A stretch of 48,001 nucleotides of DNA from an uncultured Lentimicrobiaceae bacterium (GTDB lineage Bacteria; Bacteroidota; Bacteroidia; Bacteroidales; WCHB1-69): the NCBI GenBank assembly GCA_964598505.1, contig CAZRCF010000001.1, forward strand, positions 23,479-71,479, given 5' to 3'. Positions 1 through 8,972 of the stretch are shown here, in pieces. Within the stretch, counting starts at the first letter, position 1; each line of letters begins with the position of its first letter. Below the pieces are notes generated by a model that made no database searches, was not told the origin of the DNA, and saw only the letters and a list, made by a program, of their open reading frames with translations. Made by a program: the position numbers and the translations under genes.

Positions 1-1
1 A

Positions 2-703
2 ACATCTGGTTCTAGTGGTAGTTCAGGCTCATCTGGTAGTAGTGGAAGTTCTGGTTCTTCTGGAATAAGCGGATCTTCAGGAAGTTCAGGTTCTAGTGGT
101 AGTTCTGGAATAAGCGGATCTTCAGGAAGTTCAGGTTCTAGTGGATCTTCTGGAATAAGCGGATCTTCTGGTAGTAGTGGAAGTTCTGGTTCATCTGGAA
201 CACGAGGTACATCTGGTAGTTCTGGAACATCTGGTTCTAGTGGTAGTTCAGGCTCATCTGGTAGTAGTGGAAGTTCTGGTAGTTCAGGAGCTGCGGGAGG
301 TTCAGGTTCATCTGGAACATCTGGAACATCAGGATTAGCAGGAACTTCTGGAACATCAGGCTCAGGTGTTGGAAGTGTAGTTGAAGTACAAGATTCTGGA
401 CATACATTAACAACAGCTGATGTAGGAAAAATATTTACTTGTAATTCTGCAACTGAACAAACTTTTAATTTACCTAGTGTAACTGTATCTAATGCAGGAA
501 TCCAATTTACATTTGTAAAATTGGGTGTGGGTTCTCTTGTAATTCATGCTGCAGATTCAGATACGATTGAAGATTCTGGCGCAGGTTTATCAATTTATTG
601 TAGTGATTTATATTCTGCCACTATTACTTTATTATTAATAAGTGAAACACAATGGATAATTAATAGTGGTGCAACTGGAATTTGGATAACAACTACTGTA
701 TAA
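2..703 (+). CDS. 5'-truncated Gly/Ser/Thr-repeat protein with a beta-rich C-terminal domain (tail fibre/appendage-like)
   Basis: The frame is open from base 2 (TSGSSGSSG...) through GVGSVVEVQDSGHTLTTADVGKIFTCNS...IWITTTV to TAA at 703. The track ORF 521..703 is only its tail. Confidence 0.75.
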   Translation, partial: TSGSSGSSGSSGSSGSSGSSGISGSSGSSGSSGSSGISGSSGSSGSSGSSGISGSSGSSGSSGSSGTRGTSGSSGTSGSSGSSGSSGSSGSSGSSGAAGGSGSSGTSGTSGLAGTSGTSGSGVGSVVEVQDSGHTLTTADVGKIFTCNSATEQTFNLPSVTVSNAGIQFTFVKLGVGSLVIHAADSDTIEDSGAGLSIYCSDLYSATITLLLISETQWIINSGATGIWITTTV

Positions 704-727
704 ATAAATTATAAAATATTAATTAAA

Positions 728-765
728 AATGAGTGATGAATTAATTTCTTAATTTATCACTCATT
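728..765. terminator. Intergenic hairpin, putative terminator/processing stem
   Basis: 17-bp stem AATGAGTGATGAATTAA / TTAATTTATCACTCATT with one G-U pair and a 4-nt loop, lying between two CDSs. Confidence 0.6.
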
Positions 766-792
766 AATTTAAAAATTATAAAGGAGTTTATT

Positions 793-1797
793 ATGAATGT
801 TCCGCCGTATGGAGACACTTTCAAGAAAGCGATGTTACATTTTGCAAATTTAAAAGTAAAAGCACAAGATACACCAGATATGACTGTGTATGTTTCAGCT
901 GGTGGATTTTGGAGTTATACATCAACTGGAGCTAGTTATATTGAATATGCTGGTGGAGATTCTTCAGCAATTTCAAAACCAGGATCGAATGCTAAATTTG
1001 TTATTATAGCATTAAATACAACTGGAGGACTTGTTGTTTTAGATGGAGATATAGCATCATCGCCTGTTCTACCAGTATTGCCTAGAGGGAGATTTCCTCT
1101 TGCAGCAATTTATATAACTTCTGCAGATACTACTATTACGGAAGATATGGTTTATGATATTCGACCAATGTTTGAAATTGGTATTAAAGATCATAGAGAC
1201 CTTCAATCAAATTCCGTAGCAGATTCACATCCCGCTTCAGTAATTACTTTTACTCCTGGTGGAAGTGGATTGTCATCTACAAATGTGCAAGATGCTATTT
1301 TAGAACTTAAAACATTTTTTGATAATAATTATTCAACTTCCGGAACATCAGGTAGTGGAACTAGTGGAACATCAGGCAGTGGAACTAGTGGAACTTCAGG
1401 TATATCTGGAGATGCTGGTTCTTCTGGAACATCGGGTTCTTCTGGAACTTCTGGTGTTGGATCAGCTGGTACTTCTGGTTCATCTGGAACTTCTGGTGAG
1501 GATGGTTCCTCTGGAACATCTGGTGATTCTGGTTCATCTGGTACCTCTGGAATAAATGGTACAAGTGGAAGCTCAGGTACAAGTGGAAGTTCTGGTTCTT
1601 CTGGAACATCTGGAACTCGAGGTACTTCTGGTATTAATGGTATAGATGGTCTTGCTGGTCTCGATGGAACATCCGGTTCTTCTGGAACATCCGGTTCTTC
1701 TGGTTCTTCTGGAACCTCTGGTTCTTCAGGATCTTCTGGAACCTCTGGAATTGATGGAACTTCTGGTTCTTCTGGAACATCTGGTTCTACTCCATAA
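793..1797 (+). CDS. Virion structural protein: N-terminal domain paralogous to 1883..2770, plus C-terminal SGTSG repeats
   Basis: AAGGAG RBS. The N-terminal ~140 aa align by eye with the next ORF (AQD..MTV..SAGGFWSY...PVLP.LP..R.P.A). The C-terminal ~150 aa are a GTSGSS low-complexity repeat. Confidence 0.7.
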   Translation: MNVPPYGDTFKKAMLHFANLKVKAQDTPDMTVYVSAGGFWSYTSTGASYIEYAGGDSSAISKPGSNAKFVIIALNTTGGLVVLDGDIASSPVLPVLPRGRFPLAAIYITSADTTITEDMVYDIRPMFEIGIKDHRDLQSNSVADSHPASVITFTPGGSGLSSTNVQDAILELKTFFDNNYSTSGTSGSGTSGTSGSGTSGTSGISGDAGSSGTSGSSGTSGVGSAGTSGSSGTSGEDGSSGTSGDSGSSGTSGINGTSGSSGTSGSSGSSGTSGTRGTSGINGIDGLAGLDGTSGSSGTSGSSGSSGTSGSSGSSGTSGIDGTSGSSGTSGSTP

Positions 1798-1804
1798 TTT
1801 AAAC

Positions 1805-1844
1805 AAGTAATCTCTAGTTAATTTATCTTAACTAGAGATTACTT
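1805..1844. terminator. Intergenic perfect hairpin
   Basis: 17-bp perfect stem AAGTAATCTCTAGTTAA / TTAACTAGAGATTACTT with a 6-nt loop. Confidence 0.65.
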
Positions 1845-1882
1845 AAATATATTAAAAATTTATAACGGAGGAATTTTATATT

Positions 1883-2770
1883 ATGAATATTCCGCTTTAT
1901 GGCGATGAGAATAGAAAATTATTTGGAAATATGGCTACCCTTTATCCGAGTGCTCAAGATGCTACAAATATGACAGTTAAAATATCAGCTGGTGGATTTT
2001 GGAGTTATTTGGAAGGTGTTGCTTCATATGTTGAATATGTTGGTGGTAATTCTCCTGCAATTGTTGCTCCTTCAACAAACGCAAAATGGGTTATTGTAGC
2101 TTTAACTTCAGTTGGAATGGTTGTAAATATTGATGGGACTGAATCTTCAACTCCAGTTTTACCAACACTTCCTGCTAATAGGTATCCGATTGCATTAGTT
2201 TATGTAAATTCAACAGATACTAAACTTACAAATGAATTTATATTTGATGCTAGACCAATTTTTTCAAATGCAGTTAGATCACATTCAGATTTAATGAATT
2301 TAACTGGATTAGGTTGTCATCCAATTTCAGCTATTACAAATCTTGAAACTACAATTGCTGGACTTGTCACATCAACAGATCTTTCAGATGGACTTGCGGA
2401 TAAAGCTGATACTGGTGGCACATCTGCTGCTAATTTTAAATTAAATCAAGATCATACAGGTACACCATCTAGCGATGCTGCTATTGAAGTTGAAAGAGGT
2501 TCAGCAACTAATGTTTATATTAGATGGAATGAAGATGGAACAAATGGTGAGTGGGAATATACGAATAATGGAACAGATTGGTATAATTTATCTGGAGCAT
2601 ATTATAATGATGGAAGTCAGGATATTATGTTGAAAGTTTATAGTCAAACATCTGCACCTACTTTGGATGCTGGTAAAGCAGCTCTTTGGATCGACACAGA
2701 TGATTCTAATAAAGTTTATTTAATTTTTAAACCAACTGGGTTGACTCAAGTTAAAGTTCAGTTAACATAA
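1883..2770 (+). CDS. Virion structural (tail/fibre-associated) protein, paralog of 793..1797
   Basis: GGAGG RBS. Shares the N-terminal domain with 793..1797. The C-terminus (IEVERG...IRWNE...WEYTNNG; SAPTLDAGKAALWIDT) resembles fibre-type modules. Confidence 0.65.
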   Translation: MNIPLYGDENRKLFGNMATLYPSAQDATNMTVKISAGGFWSYLEGVASYVEYVGGNSPAIVAPSTNAKWVIVALTSVGMVVNIDGTESSTPVLPTLPANRYPIALVYVNSTDTKLTNEFIFDARPIFSNAVRSHSDLMNLTGLGCHPISAITNLETTIAGLVTSTDLSDGLADKADTGGTSAANFKLNQDHTGTPSSDAAIEVERGSATNVYIRWNEDGTNGEWEYTNNGTDWYNLSGAYYNDGSQDIMLKVYSQTSAPTLDAGKAALWIDTDDSNKVYLIFKPTGLTQVKVQLT

Positions 2771-2772
2771 AG

Positions 2773-2815
2773 ATATGAGGCGGCAAGATCACTATAGAAT
2801 CTTGCCGCCTCATAT
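2773..2815. repeat. Hairpin carrying the CGGCAAGAT/ATCTTGCCG core (copy 1)
   Basis: 17-bp perfect stem ATATGAGGCGGCAAGAT / ATCTTGCCGCCTCATAT with a 9-nt loop. Confidence 0.8.
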
Positions 2816-2903
2816 AAAAAATGAGAACCCTTCTACAATTTTGTAAGTGATTATTTTTGTTAACTATATATTATAGGAAGAATACTTTTTAAGGAGAAGA
2901 ATC

Positions 2904-3245
2904 ATGGCCGACCAGTTTAAAATTCAGGAAGCAGTTACTTTTGTTCAAGCAACCCCACCCGAAACTTTCAGATTAATGGATGTTACTATTGATAATATAC
3001 CAGTTGCTTATGAGCATGGTAAGGTACTTGCAACTGCAGCAGTTATTGATCTTAAAGTTGCAGAAGAAGTAAATATTTTTATTATGAATTGTGCAACAGG
3101 TGTATCTGTTAAAGTTGGTGGAACTACAAATCCAGCTTTATCAAATGTTACTCATTTTTCATATAAAGGTAACAAAACATCTATTTGGGTGTCGAATTCT
3201 GGAACAGAAGATGTTTCAATTAGTTATGCAACATGTAGTCTATAA
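2904..3245 (+). CDS. Hypothetical beta-rich protein, probably structural
   Basis: AAGGAG RBS; 113 aa ORF. Confidence 0.6.
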   Translation: MADQFKIQEAVTFVQATPPETFRLMDVTIDNIPVAYEHGKVLATAAVIDLKVAEEVNIFIMNCATGVSVKVGGTTNPALSNVTHFSYKGNKTSIWVSNSGTEDVSISYATCSL

Positions 3246-3259
3246 TAAGGACTTTTAAT

Positions 3260-3448
3260 ATGATTTCAATAAGTAAATTATTTGAAGATGCTAATGTTCA
3301 CGCAGAACATCCAAGTGGAATAGTGGCACCTTTTGGAATTATTAATCCGAGTGAAAAAAATAAAATTACTTTAGGTCAGTTTCAAAATATGAACAAGCTT
3401 GATCTCGATAGTCAGGCAAAAGAAATGAATAGACTTCGAGGCGATTAA
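3260..3448 (+). CDS. Small protein with MISISKLFE leader (putative head-packaged protein)
   Basis: AAGGA RBS; the N-terminus matches the repeated leader family. Confidence 0.6.
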   Translation: MISISKLFEDANVHAEHPSGIVAPFGIINPSEKNKITLGQFQNMNKLDLDSQAKEMNRLRGD

Positions 3449-3463
3449 ATAACTCTTTAGGGG

Positions 3464-5113
3464 GTGATAACAATTTATATTCACAACTTCTATGCCGATT
3501 TATTACTCTCCGTAAGAGTATTATTTGATAATCATATATTTCAAAATAGAGATTACGTAAAAAGATATGAGTTTAATATGGGCAATAGAACAATTCAATT
3601 GCCCAAAGATTATAAACCAAATTATGAGTTTCCAAATATAATTGTTACTCTTAATGATGATACTCCAAGTTATGGTCAACGTCCGGATGTGTCTCAAAAG
3701 ATATCAGGATTTAATTTAGATCAAATACCAGTTCTTTATAATCAGACAAATGGTGATGTTTTATGTGTTCAAGAAGAAATGGTAAATGTTCCTATTACTT
3801 GTACAATTAATTGTGAATCCCAGTTTCAAGCAAAAGAGATTGCCGCTATAATAAAAAGATGGTTACCAGTAAATAAGTTTATTACATTCTTACAATTTAC
3901 TTCGTATTTGGAAGTATCACAAGAATTCTTATCTACAAATCATTTTGATCCGGCAATTCATGTAATATCTAATCTTTATACTAAATTAAATCATAGAACT
4001 GGAGATATCGATTATTGTTATTCTTTACAATATGAACCTTTTATACGACTTGATTCAGTTTCAACATCAATTCCGGATTCAACTCAAAGATCATTTCAGG
4101 TATCTGTTGATATTACATTTATGATTCAACAACCATTATATATGTTCAATGATAGACTTCAGACACCGATGGAAAGGATCAATATTAATATTAATCCATT
4201 ATCTAAGTTTGAACCAATTAGTGATTTTCCAACTAGTAAAATGATTAATGGATTAAATGCTGATGTCGCAGAACTTAAAAAAGGTTTCATTAGAAGGACA
4301 TTTCTTGTAGTAGATAACAATGTTGTGGAAACTGTATTAAATTTGGATTATGTAGTTCTTACATCTGATCAAGTTACAAACACATCTACTGGTGGGCAAA
4401 ATATTGCTGCGACTAAAGGAGCTGATGATTTTATTTATATTACTTTAAGAACCAGCGAGACAAAATATAGAACAAATATGAATACAATTCCATCTCCTGA
4501 TGGAGTTAATATTGTATTAAGTACAGATGAATATTTGAAAGTAACAAAAGATCTTGCCGGTACAATAACAGTTATATTACATAAAATAACTCAGAGAATA
4601 ACAGTTCAATTTGCTCTAACGGATCTACAATTAACAACTGCATACTCGTACAATTTATTTAGCGGGAATAATATGTTGTTGGATTATGAAGATTATACAT
4701 TAGATACGACTGCTAATTCTGTTACATTTAGTTTTGATAACAGTCAATTTTCATCTTATACACCATCAACTACAAATCCTTTAATAGTTCAGTTCTGTTT
4801 GAAAGATATTCCAGATGCTAAATCTCCATATGGTATTCCACCAAAAGTTGGATTGATGAAAGTATTTAATATTTCTCAAATAGCGGCTGAAATAACTTGG
4901 TCTTCTGATGAGGAAACAACCACACAAGTAGAGTATGGAACTACTATAGAATATGGTGCTTTCTCATCTTTAAAAGAAAAACTTACAATTCTACATCATG
5001 TTGTTTTACCTAGTTTAGGACCAAATACAACATATCATTATCGGGTAAAAGTTACAAATTTAATAGGTGAAGAATATTTATCTGAAGATTTTAGTTTTAG
5101 TACTTTAGTATAG
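3464..5113 (+). CDS. Structural protein (possible neck/tail-terminator-like N-domain) with a C-terminal fibronectin-III-like domain
   Basis: The C-terminus AEITWSSDEETTTQVEYGTT...HHVVLPSLGPNTTYHYRVKV...SEDFSFST is an FN3/purple-acid-phosphatase-N-type pattern. The N-domain assignment is a guess from context. Confidence 0.5.
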   Translation: MITIYIHNFYADLLLSVRVLFDNHIFQNRDYVKRYEFNMGNRTIQLPKDYKPNYEFPNIIVTLNDDTPSYGQRPDVSQKISGFNLDQIPVLYNQTNGDVLCVQEEMVNVPITCTINCESQFQAKEIAAIIKRWLPVNKFITFLQFTSYLEVSQEFLSTNHFDPAIHVISNLYTKLNHRTGDIDYCYSLQYEPFIRLDSVSTSIPDSTQRSFQVSVDITFMIQQPLYMFNDRLQTPMERINININPLSKFEPISDFPTSKMINGLNADVAELKKGFIRRTFLVVDNNVVETVLNLDYVVLTSDQVTNTSTGGQNIAATKGADDFIYITLRTSETKYRTNMNTIPSPDGVNIVLSTDEYLKVTKDLAGTITVILHKITQRITVQFALTDLQLTTAYSYNLFSGNNMLLDYEDYTLDTTANSVTFSFDNSQFSSYTPSTTNPLIVQFCLKDIPDAKSPYGIPPKVGLMKVFNISQIAAEITWSSDEETTTQVEYGTTIEYGAFSSLKEKLTILHHVVLPSLGPNTTYHYRVKVTNLIGEEYLSEDFSFSTLV

Positions 5114-5125
5114 AGGTAATTAAAT

Positions 5126-5722
5126 ATGATTGCAATTACAAAAGTTTTATTTGAAATTATACCACAAACATTATATGGACAAATAGTTCCACCTGCAGTC
5201 AAAGGTGCACAAACAATTCAACAGAATCCTGCACCTAATATAACAACCGCTGCTAAAGGTTTAGTTAAACCATATACAAATACTGGTGCTTTAAAAACTC
5301 CTGCTGGATTTCCAGTTGCACAAGCTCCTGTTCAAGTTGCTCGAGCTGCTCCAGTAGTTGCACAGTCACAACCAGTTGTACAGGCTCCAGTTATAGCTCA
5401 ACCTCAGGTTCAAACAATACCTGCTCCACAAGTGACTGCTGGTGGTGTTCCGGTTCCTCAAGTTGTTGGGGGACAAAAAGCAGTTGAATCTGAACTTGCA
5501 CATAATGCAGAAGCAAAATCAGTTCAACAAAATGTTTCTGGATCACAAGCCACTGGAGAATTATTAAAAAGAGGGGCACAATCGGCTGGTGAAGCAGTTG
5601 GAAATATGGGTAAAAAAGTTGCTGAATTCGCACACGAAAGTCCATTGGCAGCTGGTATTGGTGCTGGTGCAATTGGTGCGCTTGGAATACGAAAATTAAT
5701 TAGTAGAAATAAACCAGCTTAA
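5126..5722 (+). CDS. Leader-bearing P/Q/V/A-rich protein with a C-terminal membrane-anchor-like segment
   Basis: MIAITKVLFE leader; C-terminus KKVAEFAHESPLAAGIGAGAIGALGIRKLISRNK. Confidence 0.7.
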   Translation: MIAITKVLFEIIPQTLYGQIVPPAVKGAQTIQQNPAPNITTAAKGLVKPYTNTGALKTPAGFPVAQAPVQVARAAPVVAQSQPVVQAPVIAQPQVQTIPAPQVTAGGVPVPQVVGGQKAVESELAHNAEAKSVQQNVSGSQATGELLKRGAQSAGEAVGNMGKKVAEFAHESPLAAGIGAGAIGALGIRKLISRNKPA

Positions 5723-5745
5723 AAATATTTTAAAGGAGAAGAAAC

Positions 5746-6291
5746 ATGCTTACAGAAGTAATAAGCAAATTAGATCGAGTCGTTTTAGAACTTGCTCTTA
5801 AAGATGCAATTTATGATATGTGTTTTTATGAGGGCGAAGAAATATCAAACATTCTTGAAAGTTACTTACAAAATGTAATTGCCAAAACAAATACAGAAGA
5901 ACAAAATACTATGTTTTTCGAATTAGCAATGCCTTATATTGAATCATCGATCATGGTATATGGTGCTGGTCTTTATGAAGGAACACCTGAAATGATTGCT
6001 CCTGCTGATAAAAATACAATGCAGCAGAAATTGGGTGGTCCTAAAGGTCCTTTGGTAGGAACTCAAATGATTGATAAGAATCGTGCATTGGTTCATAAAC
6101 TTCATGAATCTGAAGAAACTATTTGGGAAGATGTTGCAAAAATAATATTTGAAGAAGGAATTCTTGAAGCTGGAATTAAGAAAGCAAAAGGAAAAGGTAA
6201 GGGATTAGTATCCACAAAGTCTTCATTTGGAAAAAATTTACACTTTAAACTTCCAGAAGGTGGAACACCTAATCCTCCTGAAAACAAATAA
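5746..6291 (+). CDS. Hypothetical protein; N-domain paralogous to 16698..17360
   Basis: DAIYDMCFYE..ISNILESY versus DAFKDMCMYE..IIKILENY. Confidence 0.65.
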   Translation: MLTEVISKLDRVVLELALKDAIYDMCFYEGEEISNILESYLQNVIAKTNTEEQNTMFFELAMPYIESSIMVYGAGLYEGTPEMIAPADKNTMQQKLGGPKGPLVGTQMIDKNRALVHKLHESEETIWEDVAKIIFEEGILEAGIKKAKGKGKGLVSTKSSFGKNLHFKLPEGGTPNPPENK

Positions 6292-6314
6292 TAAAAATTC
6301 TAAGGAGTAATAAT

Positions 6315-6659
6315 ATGAATCTTAATGAATTAATTTTAGAATCAATCAAAACAAGTATAAGTACTAAAAAAGATCAAACTTCAGTACAATATGGTGGAGA
6401 TAAGAAAGCATCTATTAAGGATGCTAATGTTGATAATAAGAACCAATCCTCACTTGAAGCAGGTCTTAAAGGAAAATTATCCAAGAATAACACAAATCCC
6501 CAAGGCGAAGGTGGTAAGGATCTAATTGCACGAAATCCAGATTTAGCAGCTATTGTTGCTGCTGCAGTTGCTGCTGTTCAAAAAGCAGGACAGGGATCAG
6601 TTCAAAATACCAATCCTTCGGTTCCTAAATTTACACCACCTGAGCCTGCGACTAAATAG
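6315..6659 (+). CDS. Hypothetical protein with MNLNELILES leader
   Basis: AAGGAG RBS; contains RNPDLAAIVAAAVAAV, a degenerate form of the ENPG anchor motif. Confidence 0.65.
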   Translation: MNLNELILESIKTSISTKKDQTSVQYGGDKKASIKDANVDNKNQSSLEAGLKGKLSKNNTNPQGEGGKDLIARNPDLAAIVAAAVAAVQKAGQGSVQNTNPSVPKFTPPEPATK

Positions 6660-6668
6660 GGGGTACAT

Positions 6669-7091
6669 ATGATTTCGATTGTTAAGTATATAAGTGAAGT
6701 TGGTGATTTTTCAACATATGCTCCAGAACAACAAGGTCCTTTAACAGGTGCTTATAAATATTGGACAGGTGGTAGAACAGGAGCAGATGTTAAAGAAATG
6801 GCAAAACGAGCTTCTGAAAAAACTGCTGGTGAATGGGCAGAGAGATTGAGAAAACATATGGCTACACACACTCCTGGAAATACTACAGGAGCAGCTGGTG
6901 ATATGTCTGGATCTGAAGCAGCTGGAATTGCTCTTAAAAAAGGTGCACAATCTGCTGGTGAAGCAGTTGGAAGTTTGGGTAAGAAAGCCGCTGAGTTCGC
7001 TGGCGAACATGCTGGTGCTGCTGGGCTGATTGCCGGTGGTCTTGGAGCGGCAGCTATACTTGCTGCTCGAAGGAAAAAAGCACAACAATAA
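6669..7091 (+). CDS. Leader-bearing tail-anchored protein, paralog of 5126..5722
   Basis: MISIVKYISE leader; shares LK(K/R)GAQSAGEAVG..GKK.AEFA.E, followed by a hydrophobic run and RRKK. Confidence 0.7.
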   Translation: MISIVKYISEVGDFSTYAPEQQGPLTGAYKYWTGGRTGADVKEMAKRASEKTAGEWAERLRKHMATHTPGNTTGAAGDMSGSEAAGIALKKGAQSAGEAVGSLGKKAAEFAGEHAGAAGLIAGGLGAAAILAARRKKAQQ

Positions 7092-7129
7092 AAATATTTT
7101 AATTAAAACCTAATGGAGGAAAAGTTTAT

Positions 7130-7417
7130 ATGAATATTCAAGAAATAATTGATAACTCTATCGATTCAGTAATCAAAGAAGATGTAAAAGAAGATGCTAA
7201 AGAAGCTGCTTCTAATATAAAAGAAAAATTAGTTTCTGCTGGTAAAAAAGTTGCCGAAGGTGCAGAAGATGCTGGTGAAAAAGCAAAAGGGATGGCAGCT
7301 AAAGTTGCTGAAATAGTAAAAGAAAATCCTGGAATATCTGCTGCTGTTGCTGCTTCTCTTGCAGCTGGTGTTGGTGCACTTGCATTAAGAAAGAAACTGA
7401 AGAGCGCTTCTAAGTAA
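7130..7417 (+). CDS. Tail-anchored ElaB/YqjD-like small protein (array member)
   Basis: K/E/A-rich helix followed by VKENPGISAAVAASLAAGVGALALRKKLK. Confidence 0.7.
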   Translation: MNIQEIIDNSIDSVIKEDVKEDAKEAASNIKEKLVSAGKKVAEGAEDAGEKAKGMAAKVAEIVKENPGISAAVAASLAAGVGALALRKKLKSASK

Positions 7418-7433
7418 ATATAAGGAGACAATT

Positions 7434-7775
7434 ATGTCATTAGATGTTAATAAGATTATAATGAGTTCTTTAGATGAAGTTGTTCTTTCTGAAGGTGTAA
7501 TTGACGATCTTAAAGATAAAATAGCACTTCATGGTATAAAAGATATAGATAATATTGAAGTTGCAAAAACTGGTGGCCATGCCGCTAAACTTTTATTTAA
7601 AGGTGGAGAACCGGAATTAGCTGCTGGTGTTGGTGCTAGAACCTTGAGAGCTCAAATTCAAGAGAATCCTGGTTTATCAGCAGCTGTTGTAGCAGCTCTT
7701 GCAGCTGGTGCTGGTGGTCTTGCACTCAGAAAGAAACTTAAAAAAGCTAAAGAAGCTAAGGAAAATAACGATTAA
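7434..7775 (+). CDS. Tail-anchored array member
   Basis: MSLDVNKIIMSS leader; IQENPGLSAAVVAALAAGAGGLALRKKLKK. Confidence 0.7.
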   Translation: MSLDVNKIIMSSLDEVVLSEGVIDDLKDKIALHGIKDIDNIEVAKTGGHAAKLLFKGGEPELAAGVGARTLRAQIQENPGLSAAVVAALAAGAGGLALRKKLKKAKEAKENND

Positions 7776-7786
7776 GGGAGATTATT

Positions 7787-8188
7787 ATGGCACTTGATGT
7801 GAATAAGATTATTGAAGAATCTCTCAAAGAAGCAAATGCACCTATTACAGAATCTTTACAAGGTGGTATGGAAGCCGCAAAAAGAAGTGGAAAAGCAGCA
7901 GTTGATATTTTTAGAGGTGGATCTAGTCAAGATGAAGCACAGGTTGGAGCAGATACTTTTGCTCAAGCAGCAAAGAAAATTGGTGAGGGTGAACCCGAAT
8001 CAATTGTTGCTGCACACTATCTGAAAAAGGCTAGTGCTGCTGCCGGTGAAACTGGTATAGGCTCAAAAATAGCTAGTATTGTAAAAGAGAATCCTGGAAT
8101 ATCTGCTGCCGCTGCTGCCGCTTTAGCAGCTGGTGTTGGTGCACTTGCGTTGAGAAGAAAGTTGAAGAAAATGAAGGACGCTAAATAA
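7787..8188 (+). CDS. Tail-anchored array member
   Basis: MALDVNKIIEES leader; VKENPGISAAAAAALAAGVGALALRRKLKK. Confidence 0.7.
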   Translation: MALDVNKIIEESLKEANAPITESLQGGMEAAKRSGKAAVDIFRGGSSQDEAQVGADTFAQAAKKIGEGEPESIVAAHYLKKASAAAGETGIGSKIASIVKENPGISAAAAAALAAGVGALALRRKLKKMKDAK

Positions 8189-8204
8189 TTACGAGGTAAT
8201 ATTT

Positions 8205-8633
8205 ATGACACTTGATGTGAATAAAATTATTAGTGAATCTATAAATGAAGTTATTACCGAAACATCAGGAGGTGCCGTTGCTGGCACTCTTCTTGGAGTG
8301 GGATCTACTATTTCGATACCATTACCAGGTAGTACAATAGCTGGAGGAATAGCTGGAGGAATGTCTGGTAGTAAATTATCAGAACATATGAAAACTCCAG
8401 GAGAAAAAATATCAGATGCCACAGAAGAAGCAAAAGAGAAATTAAAATCTGCTGGTAAGAAAATTTCAGCTAGTGCAGAAGATGTAAAAGATAAAGCAGC
8501 TTTAATGGGTAAAAAGATAGTTGATATTGTCAAAGAGAATCCTGGAATATCTGCTGCTGCTGCCGCTTTAGCAGCTGGTGTTGGTGCACTTGCGTTGAGA
8601 AAGAAATTGAAGAAAGCAAAAGAATCAAAATAA
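8205..8633 (+). CDS. Tail-anchored array member with an extra glycine-zipper segment
   Basis: MTLDVNKIISES leader; GGAVAGTLLGVG...AGGIAGGMSG; VKENPGISAAAAALAAGVGALALRKKLKK. Confidence 0.7.
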   Translation: MTLDVNKIISESINEVITETSGGAVAGTLLGVGSTISIPLPGSTIAGGIAGGMSGSKLSEHMKTPGEKISDATEEAKEKLKSAGKKISASAEDVKDKAALMGKKIVDIVKENPGISAAAAALAAGVGALALRKKLKKAKESK

Positions 8634-8664
8634 TAATCTAATTAATTTTTGGAGGAATAGAATT

Positions 8665-8964
8665 ATGTTTGAAAAAGTAAATGCATTGTTAGAATCAGAA
8701 GGTACGGAACTTGTTGAGAAACACGAAAATGTTATTGTGGAAGCAATGACTTTGGTTAATGATTTTCAGAAGAATATCAAAGCCTTCATTTTGAATAATC
8801 CTAGTGAGTTCATTGGTGAGAATACTGATGATACTTATAAGAATATGAGAGTATTCACAGAGGTAGCTTTATCTCAGTATGTTTCTGAAATATCTAATCT
8901 TTATGGTTCGGCTATTCAGGAACAAGTTGTAATCGAAGACAAGGGCCTTCAGGAATATTTGTAG
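8665..8964 (+). CDS. Hypothetical acidic protein with an NALLES leader
   Basis: GGAGG RBS; 99 aa. Confidence 0.65.
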   Translation: MFEKVNALLESEGTELVEKHENVIVEAMTLVNDFQKNIKAFILNNPSEFIGENTDDTYKNMRVFTEVALSQYVSEISNLYGSAIQEQVVIEDKGLQEYL

Positions 8965-8972
8965 GATTTTAT

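Noticed and set aside
1319-1609. Alternative-frame and antisense ORFs over the GS repeat (1319..1555, 1385..1609)
   Set aside because: Shadow ORFs of low-complexity codons, with no RBS.
1-1790. Regular short repeats that might be a CRISPR array or satellite
   Set aside because: They are in-frame Gly/Ser/Thr codon repeats with synonymous variation and have no repeat-spacer structure.
5391-8533. Minus-strand and off-frame ORFs across the paralog array (5391, 6102, 6741, 7138, 7812, 8189)
   Set aside because: They fully overlap well-supported + strand genes; their Ser/Phe/Leu bias mirrors the K/E/A codons on the sense strand.
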